In this document: positions 20,280 to 32,411 of the stretch, in pieces | Layout of the letters: each line of letters opens with the position of its first letter | How positions within the stretch are numbered: the stretch's first letter is position 1 | NCBI GenBank assembly: GCA_963733035.1 | Contig: CAVTBU010000005.1 | Span: 1,088,001 to 1,152,000 of the forward strand | Reading direction: 5' to 3' | Length of the DNA: 64,000 nt | From: Pirellulales bacterium | GTDB lineage: Bacteria > Planctomycetota > Planctomycetia > Pirellulales > PALSA-1355 | Made by a program: the position numbers and the translations under genes | The notes under the pieces: model-generated | What the model was told of the DNA's origin: nothing | The model's database searches: none | What the model saw: the letters and a program-made list of their open reading frames with translations, nothing else

Positions 20280-21110
20280 ATGGTTGAGATCAAGGCGGCA
20301 GCCGTGAAGTCGCTGCGCGACAAGACGGGCCTGCCGATGATGAAATGCAAGGAGGCGCTGCAGGCCACCGAAGGCGACGAGCAGGCCGCCATCGACTGGC
20401 TCCGCAAGGACAACATCAAGGTGCAGGAAAGCCGCGTCGGACGCGAAACCGCCTTCGGCCGCATGGGCCTGTACGTCGATTGGGACGGCGGTGTTGGCGC
20501 GCTGGTCGAACTGCTTTGTGAAAGCGCCCCGGTGGCCGCGAACGACGAGTTCGTTTCGCTGGCCGCGGACATGGCAAAGCAACTCGCGACCGGCAAAGGT
20601 GCCGCAACCGGCGACGAACTTCTCGGGCAGCCATCGCCTTCGAAATCAGGTCAGACCCTCAAGGACGAGATGCTCGACGTTTCGAACCGGATTCGCGAAG
20701 TTTTCAAGGTCGGCCGCGTAGCCCGCATCGACGGTCGCTGCGCGGGCTATGCCCATCACGCCGGTCGCACGGTCGGCGTGCTGTTGGAGGTGGAAGGGGG
20801 CAACCCCGAGGCCGCCAAGGACGTTTGTCTGCACATCGCTTCGATGTCGCCCGCGGTGCTGGCCAAGGAAGACATTCCCGCCGCCGAGGTGGAGAAGGAG
20901 CGCGAAATTCTGTCGGCCGCCGCGCGCAACGAAGGCAAGCCCGAGAACATCATCACCAAGATGGTCGAAGGTCGTCTGCGAAACTTCTATGCCGAGCGCG
21001 CCCTGCTCGAACAGCCCTTTGTGAAGGACGACAAGAAAACGGTCGCCCAGTTCGCCAAGGACAACGGCATGAAGATTCTCAAGTTCATCAAGTGGGAACT
21101 CGGCAAGTAA
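20280..21110 (+). CDS. tsf: Elongation factor Ts
   Basis: VKSLRDKTGLPMMKCKEAL; GKPENIITKMVEGRL; position in operon. Confidence 0.97.
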   Translation: MVEIKAAAVKSLRDKTGLPMMKCKEALQATEGDEQAAIDWLRKDNIKVQESRVGRETAFGRMGLYVDWDGGVGALVELLCESAPVAANDEFVSLAADMAKQLATGKGAATGDELLGQPSPSKSGQTLKDEMLDVSNRIREVFKVGRVARIDGRCAGYAHHAGRTVGVLLEVEGGNPEAAKDVCLHIASMSPAVLAKEDIPAAEVEKEREILSAAARNEGKPENIITKMVEGRLRNFYAERALLEQPFVKDDKKTVAQFAKDNGMKILKFIKWELGK

Positions 21111-21173
21111 TCTGGGTACGGCGATAAGACTGGCGGGGCCGGCGCCAGTCAGCTCGCGTGGAGAAATACGAAC

Positions 21174-21935
21174 ATGGCTGATCCAGCAGTGCCGGCCTCC
21201 GGCGGCGTCTATCGTCGAGTCGTGCTGAAGCTTTCCGGCGAAAGCTTCGCGCATGCCGGTGAACGCGGCATCTCGATGGAGGAGGTCGTGGCCATTGGCG
21301 GGCAGGTCTGCAAGGCGGCCCAAAGCGGCGTGCAAATTGCTATTGTCATCGGCGGAGGAAACATCCTCCGCGGGGCGCAGTTCACCGCCGGCAATTCAAG
21401 CATCCAGGAGGCCACGGCCCACTACATGGGCATGTTGGCCACGGTGATTAACGGCCTGGCGCTACAGGATGCCATTGAGTCGCTGGGGGTCGAAACCCGA
21501 CTGCTAACCGCCATCCGGATGGATGGCGTGGCCGAGCCATACATTCGACGCCGTGCGAAGCGACACCTGGAAAAAGGGCGGATCGTGATCCTGGCGGCCG
21601 GAACCGGCAGCCCGTTTGTGACCACCGACACCGCGGCCGCGCAGCGGGCATTGGAACTCGAAGCCGACATTTTGATGAAGGCCACCCGGGTCGACGGCGT
21701 GTATAGCGACGATCCGGAGAAGAACCCGCACGCCTTGCTGTACAGCGAACTGAGCTACAATTCGGTGCGTGAGCAGAATCTGCGGGTCATGGACTCCACG
21801 GCGATCACGCAGTGCATGGAACACGACATGCCGATTCTGGTGTTCAACTACAAGAAAGAAGGCAACATCGAGCGTGCCACGAGCGGTGCCCGCATCGGCA
21901 CGCTCATCAGCAGCCAGGTTGCCGTGACCAAGTAA
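21174..21935 (+). CDS. pyrH: UMP kinase
   Basis: [30 protein letters not shown]. Confidence 0.97.
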   Translation: MADPAVPASGGVYRRVVLKLSGESFAHAGERGISMEEVVAIGGQVCKAAQSGVQIAIVIGGGNILRGAQFTAGNSSIQEATAHYMGMLATVINGLALQDAIESLGVETRLLTAIRMDGVAEPYIRRRAKRHLEKGRIVILAAGTGSPFVTTDTAAAQRALELEADILMKATRVDGVYSDDPEKNPHALLYSELSYNSVREQNLRVMDSTAITQCMEHDMPILVFNYKKEGNIERATSGARIGTLISSQVAVTK

Positions 21936-22002
21936 CTCGCGCGGCGAAACGGCATGGCCGGCGGCACAGGCAAGTTCACCGCGAACGGAAAGGTAAACCA
22001 CC

Positions 22003-22563
22003 ATGAGCGTGGATGACATTCTGCTCGACGTCGAAGAGCGCATGGAAAAGGCCCTGGCCAAGCTCAAGGGCGACCTGGCCGGCATCCGCACGGGCCGGGC
22101 CAACCCGGGATTGGTCGACTCGCTGCGAGTCGAAGTTTATGGTTCGCCGACGCCGATCAAAACGATTGCTTCGGTGGGTGCCCCGGAACCGACGCAAATC
22201 GTCATTCGCCCGTTTGATCCCGGCACGCTGAAGGACATCGAAAAGGCCGTGCAGGCCAGTGGCCTGGGGCTCAACCCGCAGAACGACGGCCGGCTGATTC
22301 GGATCAACGTGCCACCCCTCTCGACCGAAGTGCGCAAGAAACTCAGCGGCCGCATCAAGGAACTCTCGGAAGAAGCTAAGATTTCGATCCGCAACGTCCG
22401 CCGCGACGGCAACAAGGCGGCCGATGGGGAACAAAAAGACAAGCTGATGACCGAGGACGAGCGGGACAGCGTGAAAAATGAGATTCAGGAAATGACCAAG
22501 AAGTTCGAGACCAAGGCCACGGACCTGGCCGCGGCCAAGGAAAAAGAGGTCATGGAAGACTGA
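22003..22563 (+). CDS. frr: Ribosome recycling factor
   Basis: IRTGRANP, LGLNPQNDG, IRNVRRD. Confidence 0.97.
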   Translation: MSVDDILLDVEERMEKALAKLKGDLAGIRTGRANPGLVDSLRVEVYGSPTPIKTIASVGAPEPTQIVIRPFDPGTLKDIEKAVQASGLGLNPQNDGRLIRINVPPLSTEVRKKLSGRIKELSEEAKISIRNVRRDGNKAADGEQKDKLMTEDERDSVKNEIQEMTKKFETKATDLAAAKEKEVMED

Positions 22564-22625
22564 CGCTCGCCGGCAAGTCGACCGGCGGCCATTTGCGGAC
22601 GGCTGTCACCCCGTAAAGGTTCATC

Positions 22626-23489
22626 ATGTTGCGCACCGTTGTCCGTGTCCTGGTCTTGGGAGTTTTCGCGTTGAGCTGCAACCACCAGGCGGCGCAGGGC
22701 GCCGAAAAAACCGCGACGAGCGCCGCGCAAGCGAAGGTTTCGCAGCAGGGCGTGCTGATTATTGCGCATCGTGGAGACAGCAAGGTGGCGCCCGAAAACA
22801 CGCTGCCGGCGTTTGCCTCGGCGGTCAAGGCCGGAGCCGACCTGGTCGAGCTCGATTACTTGCATTCTTCCGACGGCGTGCCGGTCGTGTTTCACGACGG
22901 CGAGCTCGACCGTACGACGAACGCTTGCCAGTTGTGGGGCGGCACCAAGATTCCGCTGACTAGCAAACCGCTTGCGGAGCTGTTGACGCTGGATGCGGGA
23001 AGTTGGTTCGACGCGAAGTTTGCCGGCACGCGAATTCCCACGCTCGAGCAGGCCCTCGACACGATTCAAAACGGCTCGATGACGCTCATCGAACGCAAAC
23101 ACGGCGACGCGGCGACAGGCGTCAAGTTGCTCAACGACAAACAGCTTCTCGACCAGGTGGTGGTGCAAGCATTCGATTGGAACTTCCTCAAGGACTGCCA
23201 CGAGCTAGCACCGACGCTGGTGCTCGGTGCGCTCGGTCACAAGGAAGTTACGACCGAAAAGCTCGATCAGATCGCCAAGACGGGCGCTACGGTCGTCGGC
23301 TGGCAGGATCAGTACACCAGCGCCGAAACGATCAAGGCCATCCACGATCGCGGCTGGAAAGCTTGGGTCTGGACGGTCGACAGTCCCGAGCGTGCCGTCG
23401 CGCTGGTGCAAGCAGGCATCGACGGCATCATCACGAATCGCCCCGCGGAGATTCGTCGGGTCGTTTCCTCGGCCCAGGCGGCTCGGTAG
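22626..23489 (+). CDS. Glycerophosphodiester phosphodiesterase family protein (exported, possible lipoprotein)
   Basis: AHRGDS..APENTL, VELD..SDGVPVVFHD, WTVD, GIITNRP; LSC lipobox-like N-terminus. Confidence 0.9.
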   Translation: MLRTVVRVLVLGVFALSCNHQAAQGAEKTATSAAQAKVSQQGVLIIAHRGDSKVAPENTLPAFASAVKAGADLVELDYLHSSDGVPVVFHDGELDRTTNACQLWGGTKIPLTSKPLAELLTLDAGSWFDAKFAGTRIPTLEQALDTIQNGSMTLIERKHGDAATGVKLLNDKQLLDQVVVQAFDWNFLKDCHELAPTLVLGALGHKEVTTEKLDQIAKTGATVVGWQDQYTSAETIKAIHDRGWKAWVWTVDSPERAVALVQAGIDGIITNRPAEIRRVVSSAQAAR

Positions 23490-23574
23490 GGATGGAACGC
23501 CGCCGGCTGGCGGCCCGTGTCGCGACAGCGGCCGTATCTTTTTCCCGCGGGACGCTTTAGGTGGCGAATTCGTC

Positions 23575-23604
23575 TTGACCGGTCGCGCGGCGGATCCGTA
23601 TAGT
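23575..23604 (+). promoter_or_regulatory. Putative sigma70 promoter
   Basis: TTGACC-18 bp-TATAGT. Confidence 0.5.
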
Positions 23605-23684
23605 GCCCGCCCTGACCGGCCAGGAAGGCCACGACCTCTCGAAGACGACCCACACGGTCCCGCCGCAAGCGTGGAGATTTTGCT

Positions 23685-25666
23685 ATGGATGGCAATCAAC
23701 ACACGAACGAACCCCCGCGCCCCAAACGACCCCTGCGACGCGCCGGTTGGCTGCTGAGTGGACTGGTCCTGGTTGGCGTATGTGTCGCGGTACGATGGAA
23801 TTGGCCGGCTGGTCCGGCCGCCGCGCAGTCTCCACGAGGCGGCGTGCGACAGGCATCGGCCATCGATCGCAGCCAGCCGCCCAGTCCGCCTCAGGCAGGT
23901 TCACCGGGCGGCGCGGCCCTTGCTCCGCGGAAGAATCCCGTCGCGGCCTTGGTCAATAACGATCCGATTTCGCGCGAGGACCTGGCTGGCGAGTGTTTGC
24001 TGCACTACGGCAACGAAGTACTCGAAAGCATGCTGAACCGGGCCCTGATTCAGGTCAGTTGCCAGAGCCGCAACATCACGATCACTCCGCAGGACGTCGA
24101 CGCCGAGATTGAACGGATGGCTCGCAAGTTTCAGGTCGGCAAGGACCAGTGGCTGCAGATGCTCCAAAAGGAACGTGGCATAACTCCCGATCGCTATGCC
24201 AACGACATCGTATGGCCAACGCTCGCCCTCCGCGAATTGGCCAAACAGAAGATCCAGATCACCCGCCGCGAGCTTGACGAGGCCTACGAAAGCGAATTTG
24301 GACCGGGTGTCAAAGTGCGTCTGATCGCAATGGACGACCTGGAAAAGGCGCGTTCGATTCGCACCCAAGCCGTCCAGCGCCGGAGGACTTCGAGGCGCTG
24401 GCCAAGAACCATTCGCAAGACGCCAATAGCGCGAGCGCATACGGTTTGATTCAGCCTATTCGCCGGCACATGGGAGACCCAAACCTGGAGCAAGCGGCTT
24501 TTGCTCTGAAAAAAGGGGAGGTCTCCGAAATCGTGCAAGTCGGCAACCTCTATGTTTTCGTCAAATGCGAGGAACACCTGCCGGCCACCAAGGGCATCGA
24601 TCGCGCCAAGGTCGAGCCGCATTTGTACGACGCGCTTCGCGAGCGAAAGCTCCGCAGCGCCTCGAACGACGTCTTCAAACAACTGCAGAGCGAAGCGCGG
24701 GTCGAAAACATTTTCAACGACCCGGTCAAGAGCCAGCAGATGCCCGGCGTGGCCGCCATTGTCAACGGCCACAAGATCAGCATCCGCCAGCTGTCTGAAG
24801 AATGCCTGGAACGCTACGGCGACGACGTGCTGGATGGCACGATCAACCGCAAGATTATCGAGCAAGCCCTGATCAAGAAGCACCTCAAGGTCGATGATGC
24901 CGAGCTGCACGCCGAGATCGAGCGAGCCGCCCTGGCGATGGGCAAGATCGACGAGCAAGGTCGAGCCGACGTGGCCGGGTGGCTCGAGTACGTGACCTCC
25001 CAGGAAGGAATCACCAAGGAAATCTACCTTCGTGACGAGGTCTGGCCCTCGGCGGCACTGAAGAAACTGGTGGATGGCGCGGTCATGGTCACGCCGGAAG
25101 ATATGGAGCGCGGCTACGAAGCCAACTACGGCAAGAAGGTTCGCTGCCGGGCAATCGTGCTCAACAATCAGCGGCGAGCACAGGAAGTGTGGGACAAGGC
25201 CCGCGAAGCGCTCCGCGAGGGGCGTGAACACGGACTCAAGGTGTTCGGTGATTTGGCGGCCGAATACTCGATCGAAGTCGGCAGCCGCTCGCTGCGCGGC
25301 GAGGTACCGCCGATCCAAAAGTATGGCGGACAGCCGATCCTCGAGAAGGAAGCGTTTACGCTCGGCCCGGCCAATCCTCTCTCGGGCATCGTGCAAGTGG
25401 GAGGTACCTATGTGATCCTACTGTTTGAGGGGTACACGAAGCCGATTGATACCAGCTTTGCCGAGGTGAAGAGCCTGATTTACGCGGACATTCACGAGAA
25501 AAAGTTGCGCGTGGCGATGGCCAAAGCCTTCGAGAGTCTGAAGGACAATTCGCAAGTCGACAACTTCTTTACCAACGAAATGAAGCCCAAGAAAAAGCCC
25601 CTCGTCCAGACCCCCGAGACGGCCATCGAGACGGGCTTGCCGATTCCGAAGGTCCATCGGAGATAA
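23685..25666 (+). CDS. Two-module SurA/PrsA-like parvulin peptidyl-prolyl isomerase; frameshift at ~24377
   Basis: Duplicated AxVNxxxI..L..ECL..YG.EVL modules; FEALAKNHS/FGDLAAEYS; LEQAAFALKKGEVSEIV. Confidence 0.8.
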
Positions 25667-25855
25667 CCCCCCGGGCAAGAAGGCGAACATCGCCGCGGCC
25701 GAAGGTGTCGCTAGAAAGCGGCCGGGTCGTGGCCGTTCCGCCAGGGCCGGAGTCCGGTTATGCTAAATACCGGTGGCATGCGGTGAACTGCGTGGTTTTA
25801 TCAGCCCAGGCATGCCCCTGGGCTGTTTCGCTTTCCACGAAAGCAAAGTGCGACG

Positions 25856-27133
25856 ATGAGTCACGAGAACGAATCGGACAACCCGGCGATGAACACGGCC
25901 CCCTTTCAGATTGAACTGGCCGATCGCGTCAAGCGACTGCCACCTTATCTGTTCGCGCGGATTAACGCCGTGAAGTACCAGAAGCGCCGGGCCGGCGACG
26001 ACGTGATCGACCTGGGAATGGGCAATCCGTCGGATCCGCCCGAGGAACTGGTGATCGAAAAACTGGCCGAGGCGGCCCGCGATCCGCGCAACCACGGCTA
26101 CAGCAAGTCGACCGGCATCGTCAATCTGCGGCGCGAGGTGGCGAGCAAGTATCTCAAGAAATACGGCGCACGGCTGGACCCGGAAAGCGAAGTCATCGTC
26201 TGCCTGGGTTCGAAAGAAGGCTTCAGCCACATTTGCCTGGCATTGGTGGGACCTGGCGACACGGCCATCGTGCCGGCGCCCTATTTTCCCGTGCACGTCT
26301 ATGCCGTGGCGCTCGCGGCGGCCAACGTGATTGCGTTGGAGGTTGCCGACAGCGAGAAGTTCCTCTCGAACATCGCCTATACCTGCCAGCACTTGTATCC
26401 GAAGCCGAAGTTGTTGATCCTCAACTATCCTCACAACCCGTCGACCGTCACGATCGAGCGCGATTTCTACGTCGATGTTGTGAAGCTGGCGCGGCGCTAT
26501 GGCTTCATGGTGATCAGCGATTTTGCCTATGCCGACGTCGCATTCGACGGCTATCAACCGCCCAGTTTCCTGTCGGTGCCCGGGGCCAAGGACGTCGGCG
26601 TCGAGTTCACGACGATGAGCAAGGGCTACAACATGGCCGGTTGGCGCGTTGGTTTTTGTGCTGGCAATGCCGAGATGGTGCGCGCCTTGGCGACCATCAA
26701 AACCTATTATGACTACGGCATGTTTCAGCCGATTCAAATCGCGGCCATCCTGGCCCTGCGGCATACCGATGCCGCGGTCGAGGCGCAAAGCATTCTCTAC
26801 CAGCGCCGCCGCGACGTACTCTGCGACGGCTTGCGACGCATTGGTTGGGATATCACGCCGCCCCGGGCCGGCATGTTCGTGTGGGCCAAGATTCCCGAGC
26901 CCTGGGCCAGCCAAATGGACACCATGCAGTTCGCCACGAAGCTCCTGGAAGAAGGGGACGTGGCCGCCAGCCCGGGTAGTGGTTTTGGGCCGGCGGGCGA
27001 GGGCTATCTGCGGCTGGCGCTCGTCGAGAACGAAAACCGTCTGCGACAGGCGGTACGGCAGATCGGCCGCTGCCTGGGAAGCGAATCGCGCCCTTCCGGC
27101 GCGGTCGCGGGCGATCCTCGTGCGGCAGGCTAA
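25856..27133 (+). CDS. PLP-dependent class I/II aminotransferase (AlaC/LL-DAP aminotransferase-like)
   Basis: [39 protein letters not shown]. Confidence 0.9.
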   Translation: MSHENESDNPAMNTAPFQIELADRVKRLPPYLFARINAVKYQKRRAGDDVIDLGMGNPSDPPEELVIEKLAEAARDPRNHGYSKSTGIVNLRREVASKYLKKYGARLDPESEVIVCLGSKEGFSHICLALVGPGDTAIVPAPYFPVHVYAVALAAANVIALEVADSEKFLSNIAYTCQHLYPKPKLLILNYPHNPSTVTIERDFYVDVVKLARRYGFMVISDFAYADVAFDGYQPPSFLSVPGAKDVGVEFTTMSKGYNMAGWRVGFCAGNAEMVRALATIKTYYDYGMFQPIQIAAILALRHTDAAVEAQSILYQRRRDVLCDGLRRIGWDITPPRAGMFVWAKIPEPWASQMDTMQFATKLLEEGDVAASPGSGFGPAGEGYLRLALVENENRLRQAVRQIGRCLGSESRPSGAVAGDPRAAG

Positions 27134-27281
27134 CGGTCCCCGCGCTGGTCTGATCGCGCGACTTTTCGCGAGATTACGGCCTGGATCGGGCTCCTCAACG
27201 ACGCGAGTCGTTTCAGCAAGGTAGAGTTGTTCGGACTTTGGACCGAACTCCCCTGCCCTTTTTGCTTGCACGTGTGACCCG

Positions 27282-28136
27282 ATGAAATCCGCCCAGTTTC
27301 AGCTCCACGCCCAAATCGAAGAACAACATTGGTGGTTCGTTGCCCGCCGTCAAATCCTGGCCGAAGTGATTCACGCGGTGCTACCGCCGTCGAAGTCGAC
27401 GACCATCGTGGACGTCGGCTGCGGAACCGGAGCCAACCTGGCGACGTTGGCCTCGGACTACGAGTGCGTCGGCATCGATACGTCGGCCGACGCGATCCGG
27501 CTGGCCCAGGCCCGTTTTCCTAGCGTGGAGTTTATTCGCGGCATGGCGCCGCGCGATTTGGGGTCGGTGGTCGACCGCACACGGTTGGTGTTGCTCACCG
27601 ACGTGCTCGAACACGTGCCGGATGATTTCGCGTTGTTCAGCGAACTGCTGGCCGCTGTACAGCCGGGGACGTACTTTCTCGTGACGGTGCCTGCCGAGCA
27701 GGCCTTGTGGAGCGAACACGACGAGTCGTTTGGCCACTATCGACGCTACGACCCGTCGCGGCTCGAAGCCGTCTGGCAGGGATTGCCGGTGCGCCCGGTG
27801 TTCGTAACGTACTACAACTCGCGGCTCTATCCGCTGGTGAAGGCCGTCCGCCAATGGAACCGGCTTCGCGGCAAGTCGGGCGGCGAGGCCGGCACGGACT
27901 TTCGTCTGCCAACGCCCGCGGTTAATCATGCCTTGGCTCGAATCTTTGCCGGCGAGCGAGACCGTCTGGTGGGGATGGCGCGCGGCCAGTGCCGCGCACC
28001 GTATCCGCGCGGCGTGAGCCTGATGGCGCTGCTCAGCCGGGCAGCCGGGCCCGTGCAAGTCCGCAGCAAGCCGGCGCTGTTGGCGCCGGACTTCTTCGAC
28101 CCAAACGCCGAGTTGGCATTCGCTGGCGCGATCTGA
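27282..28136 (+). CDS. Class I SAM-dependent methyltransferase
   Basis: HWWFVARR, DVGCGTG, DVLEH, TVPA..LWSEHD..GHYRRY. Confidence 0.88.
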   Translation: MKSAQFQLHAQIEEQHWWFVARRQILAEVIHAVLPPSKSTTIVDVGCGTGANLATLASDYECVGIDTSADAIRLAQARFPSVEFIRGMAPRDLGSVVDRTRLVLLTDVLEHVPDDFALFSELLAAVQPGTYFLVTVPAEQALWSEHDESFGHYRRYDPSRLEAVWQGLPVRPVFVTYYNSRLYPLVKAVRQWNRLRGKSGGEAGTDFRLPTPAVNHALARIFAGERDRLVGMARGQCRAPYPRGVSLMALLSRAAGPVQVRSKPALLAPDFFDPNAELAFAGAI

Positions 28137-28148
28137 AGCTGGCAGCGA

Positions 28149-29471
28149 CTAGAACTGGCCGATCTGGGTGAAGTTGGTGTAGGAGTACGTTCCCGAGAAG
28201 GGGACGACGCCGTAAATCCCTTTGGTGAAGATCAAGTCGATCATGTTCGTCGTCCAGAGGATGCGGGACTTCGGCACGATCACCAAATCAGCGTCGCTGA
28301 GCCAGATTTCTCCTGCCGGGCAGGGAACTTTGCCGAGCAGGGCATTGCGCAGGTTGACCGTCGTGGCAATCAGACGCCAGTCATCCGCCCGGCGAAAGAT
28401 CACAACTTGCGCGATATGCGCGCCGTTATTGTAACTGCCAGCCATGGAGATCGCCTGCATCACCGTGGTGGGCGCTTCGAGCGTGTAGCGGCCCGGCAAC
28501 TTCACTTCACCCACCACGAAGACGTACCGGGGCGCGCGCTGCGTGAGGACGGGTATGACCTCAATGCCTTCGATCTTTTCGTTGAATCGGGCGTTTAATT
28601 CGCGGGCGAACTCGTCGATGGTGAGCCCCTGCGCGGGCACCGAGGCAACCGCCGGCAATTGAATCGTTCCCTCGGGCGTCACCCGGCTGTGAAGCACCTG
28701 GCCGCCGAAACCAGATCGACCGCTCACCGTATACCGCAAGTCCTCAAGCTTGGTATCCACCTTGATTGGCGTCACCGTTATCGCAGGGACCTTGTAGTAC
28801 TTCTTGTAAAGTTCGTCCAAATCGCTTTTCAACTGGGGTATCGTGCGATTGGCGGCGCGAACCTGCCCCAAAAGCGGCAGCGTGATCGTGCCGTCGGGCA
28901 GTACGATCAGGTTGCGACGCAAGTCACGATCGGTGGCCGACTCGACAATTAACTCGTCGCCGACGTTGATCTCGTAGGCCTTGGGCGTCTCGTCGCGCGT
29001 CACGCGAAACACGAATTCCAGCATGTCGTCGACACGTAATCGGTAGGTCGGCACGTGCGGCAAACGGGCCCGGCCGACGTACTCACCTTGCGAATACTCC
29101 TGAAAGTCGGGCGTGGGGGCCAATGCCGACCAGCCGCGCTGCGTGCGGCAGGAGCCGCTATTCACGCAGTCCACGGCCGGCGTGGGGTTCGGGGAGGCCG
29201 GCGTCAGATGCTGGCATAGTTGCACGCGTCCTTCGCCCGTCACGTCAGGCGGTTGCCAGGGAGCCCGCAACGATGCGGTGCCGTTCGCCGCAGGGGGCGG
29301 AGCCGCCTCAGTCCGGTCGGACTTGGCGCCGTCGAGCCAAGCAGTCGCCATGGCCAACAAAGCCAGGCTCGCCAGGCAAGTGACGATTGCGCGACTGCGG
29401 CGATTGGGGATCGACGCCACCGGACCGCATGGGAGACGTCGCTCGGCAAAGCGTGCCAACAAAAACTTCAT
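28149..29471 (-). CDS. Polysaccharide export (Wza/Poly_export + SLBB) protein
   Basis: YEINVGDEL, VLPDGTITLPLLGQVRAA, VVGEVKLPGRY, DLVIVPKS. Confidence 0.85.
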   Translation of the reverse strand: MKFLLARFAERRLPCGPVASIPNRRSRAIVTCLASLALLAMATAWLDGAKSDRTEAAPPPAANGTASLRAPWQPPDVTGEGRVQLCQHLTPASPNPTPAVDCVNSGSCRTQRGWSALAPTPDFQEYSQGEYVGRARLPHVPTYRLRVDDMLEFVFRVTRDETPKAYEINVGDELIVESATDRDLRRNLIVLPDGTITLPLLGQVRAANRTIPQLKSDLDELYKKYYKVPAITVTPIKVDTKLEDLRYTVSGRSGFGGQVLHSRVTPEGTIQLPAVASVPAQGLTIDEFARELNARFNEKIEGIEVIPVLTQRAPRYVFVVGEVKLPGRYTLEAPTTVMQAISMAGSYNNGAHIAQVVIFRRADDWRLIATTVNLRNALLGKVPCPAGEIWLSDADLVIVPKSRILWTTNMIDLIFTKGIYGVVPFSGTYSYTNFTQIGQF

Positions 29472-29492
29472 GTTCAGCGCCTCTCCCGCACT

Positions 29493-30985
29493 TTAGCGTT
29501 GGAAACTCCAGGGAAACCAACTGCCCCGTTCTTTGCCCGCCGTTGCCGCTTCCGGCGCCGTCGACCCGGGAACCGGCGCGGCGCCTGCCGGCGATTGCGC
29601 CACCGGTGGAAGTACCGCGTCGCTGGCCGGCGCGCTGCTGGCGAACGTTACCGGATCAACCCACTGGACGGACGGACCGTTTCGCCGGTGTCCGGCACGC
29701 TCCATGGCGAGCGACTGATGCATGGCCTGTTCGGCCAATTGCGTCTCGCCCAGCTTCGCGTGTACGATCGCCAGGTTGCGAAGCGTGGCCGGATGCGGCG
29801 AGATGCGCACGCTGTGGGCAAACAAGTTTCGGGCGTGGACCCAGTCGCCGTTTTCGGCCAATACCACCCCAAGTTCGTTTGCCGCCCGGAAATTCGCCCC
29901 ATCGGCCATCAAGGCCGACTGGTATAAGACCATGGCTTGCGCCGGGCTTCCATCCGTTGGGCTGAACTGGCCTCGGGCGAGGTCGCCGCCATCTTGCCGA
30001 GGCCGTACAGCGCGATCGAACAGCGTGACTCTCCGGCGGCCGCGCCAGCCAGTTGCTCCTGTGCAAAGGTGTAATAGCGACGTGCGGCCACAAGTGGAGA
30101 AATCGAGGCAATTTCATCTTCATTGAGGATGCGCGTGCGGTGCCCGCTGACAACACGTTCGATGTCAAGTTGCTTGCCCACCGGACGTTGGCGGACGAAG
30201 TCGCGGCTTTCCTCCAAGGCAGCCAGTCCGGCCACGAGCGACTTGGTGTAGAACTGCGTGTCGCGCTGTAAGTCATTCGCCTGGGCCACCAGTTCGAGCA
30301 CGGCCAGGAATTCCGACCGTGCCAAATACACGGCTCCACGTTCGGCTAGACGGAAACCAAGCTGCAGACGCTGTTCGGCTTGTTCGAGCACGGCCTGCAT
30401 TTCCGGACTCGACGCGGGCGTGGCAGCCCACGGCAACATGCCACGTTCCGGCGGAAGCGGTGGAATCGTCAGGGGCAGCCGCTCGCTGGTCGTCGCCGGC
30501 GGCGGAACCATCGATTCGAGCATCCGCGGTTCGCTAACTACTCCTGGAGCATCCAGTGCCGATGGCATCGGATCGACAAGTTCCGGCATGGCGCTGAGCT
30601 CGTTCTCGGGCACCCCGGCAGCGGCCTCGGTGCTCGGGTCGGGAATCGCGAACCGCACGTCGGCGGCTCCGGCGCTTGGTGTCGGCGAATCGTCACCGTC
30701 CGACTTTGGTCGATTGGCATAATCCATTCGTCGGCGCAACTCATCCGCGTCCGACGGCTCGATCGACGGCAAGGCGTAGTCAGGCGGCGCGGGCCGCTCA
30801 AGCGACGTCGGAGCAACGGTGCCGGGCGCGACCCAGCGCCACGGACCGGGCGAGCCCTGCTGCAACTCGGCCAGCACCTGAGGCGCGGCGGCCTCTGGTG
30901 CGGGCGACTGCTTTGCTGGGCAGCCGACGCTTAGCCCAAGGGTAGGCACGAGCAGCGCGTAGGCAGCAAAGGCGGTTCGATCCAT
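29493..30985 (-). CDS. Exported TPR-like hypothetical protein; frameshift at ~29942
   Basis: ORFs 29909..30985 and 29493..29933 join (MEAR/AQAMVLYQSAL); AANELGVVLAENG TPR. Confidence 0.65.
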
Positions 30986-31259
30986 CGCGTCGACTGATCC
31001 CTTCCGTGCGGGGTGCGCGGCATGACTCCGTTATGCCGCGCGTAAGCTATTTCAGCGATCGACCGGCTGCGCTAGGCGCCCGGAACAAATTCGCTGCAAT
31101 TGCGCGCCATTGGAACACCCGAAGCCCGCTTAGCCGTCAAAGAGCGCGCGTGCCGAACGCCCCCTTCGGCACGAGCGGAAAGAGCGGTTCGGCCTGCTCT
31201 GTTCGCTTCGAGCGGCGCTGGTGGCGCAACCGGCATAACAAGCGTCTGATCGTGACGAT

Positions 31260-32198
31260 TCAAGAATCGCGGGCCAGCAGAGTTTGCAGATGCAATTCGA
31301 CACAGCCGGCAAGGATGCCGGTGTTGTATCCCCCCTCCAAAATGCTAATCACTTTGCCGCCGCTATAGTCCGCGGCGACGTCGAGCACCATTTCGGTCAA
31401 CGGGGCAAAGTCTTCAGTCTGGAGCCCCAGCGAACCGACCGGATCATCGGCATGAGCGTCAAAACCGGCGCTGATGAGCACCAACTCCGGATTGATGCGC
31501 TCGGCCAGCTTTTCCAGGCCGCGACGAAAATGATCGAGATACGCGTCGCGTGAGATACCAAACTCGACAGGCAAATTCAGCTTCGTCCCCAGCGCCGCGC
31601 CCGTGCCCGTTTCGTCAGTCCGCCCCGTCCCCGGATAAAACGGCCAGCGGTGAATCGAGAGGAAGCCGACTTGGGAGTCTTCCCAAAAAGTCGCCTGCGT
31701 TCCGTTGCCATGGTGGACGTCCCAGTCGACCACAAGCACGCGATTGAGCGAGAACTCGCCGATTGCCGCGCGGGCCGCGATGGCGATGTTGTTGAGCAGG
31801 CAAAACCCCATGGGAGCAGCATGCAGGGCATGATGCCCGGGCGGCCGCACCAGGCAAATGGCCTGCGTGTCCTCGCCGCGAATCACCCGATTCACGGCGT
31901 CACAGGCCGCGCCGGCGGCGAGTTTTGCCGCGTCGTAGGATCGCGGACTACAGACGGTGTCTTCTTCGATTCTCCCGCCGCCGGAGGCGCAATAGGCGTG
32001 CAGCCTTTGGACGTATCCGGGTTCGTGAACGCGGGCCAACTGCTCGTCCGAAGCGGGTTGCCAGGCGGGTTGCTGGCAGCGGCTTTCGAGGCCCGTTCGC
32101 TGGAGTTGCCGCATGACTTGAATCAGCCGTTCGGGACGTTCCGGATGCCGGCCCGTGTGGTGCTCCAGAAAGAGCGGATCGTAGTAGAGTAAAGTCAT
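31260..32198 (-). CDS. Histone deacetylase family protein
   Basis: HPERPERL, RPPGHHA, GFCLLNN, DWDVHHGNGTQ, SAGFDAH, LEGGY. Confidence 0.93.
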   Translation of the reverse strand: MTLLYYDPLFLEHHTGRHPERPERLIQVMRQLQRTGLESRCQQPAWQPASDEQLARVHEPGYVQRLHAYCASGGGRIEEDTVCSPRSYDAAKLAAGAACDAVNRVIRGEDTQAICLVRPPGHHALHAAPMGFCLLNNIAIAARAAIGEFSLNRVLVVDWDVHHGNGTQATFWEDSQVGFLSIHRWPFYPGTGRTDETGTGAALGTKLNLPVEFGISRDAYLDHFRRGLEKLAERINPELVLISAGFDAHADDPVGSLGLQTEDFAPLTEMVLDVAADYSGGKVISILEGGYNTGILAGCVELHLQTLLARDS

Positions 32199-32411
32199 GG
32201 TGCGTTGGAACTTGGGACCAGGGCGGACGGACACCGGTCGAAAACTCGCGCGAGCTGTGCAGCACGCTAGCATTGAACTGCAAACAACTTGACAAATTCT
32301 AGCGAACGGTGGTACTCTAGAAGTTGGAAATTTTTGAAACCCCAAGCTGCATTTCAGTTTGCGCCAACCTGGCGCGGTGTCGGGGTCTCCAACGGAGAGG
32401 CTTACGGATCG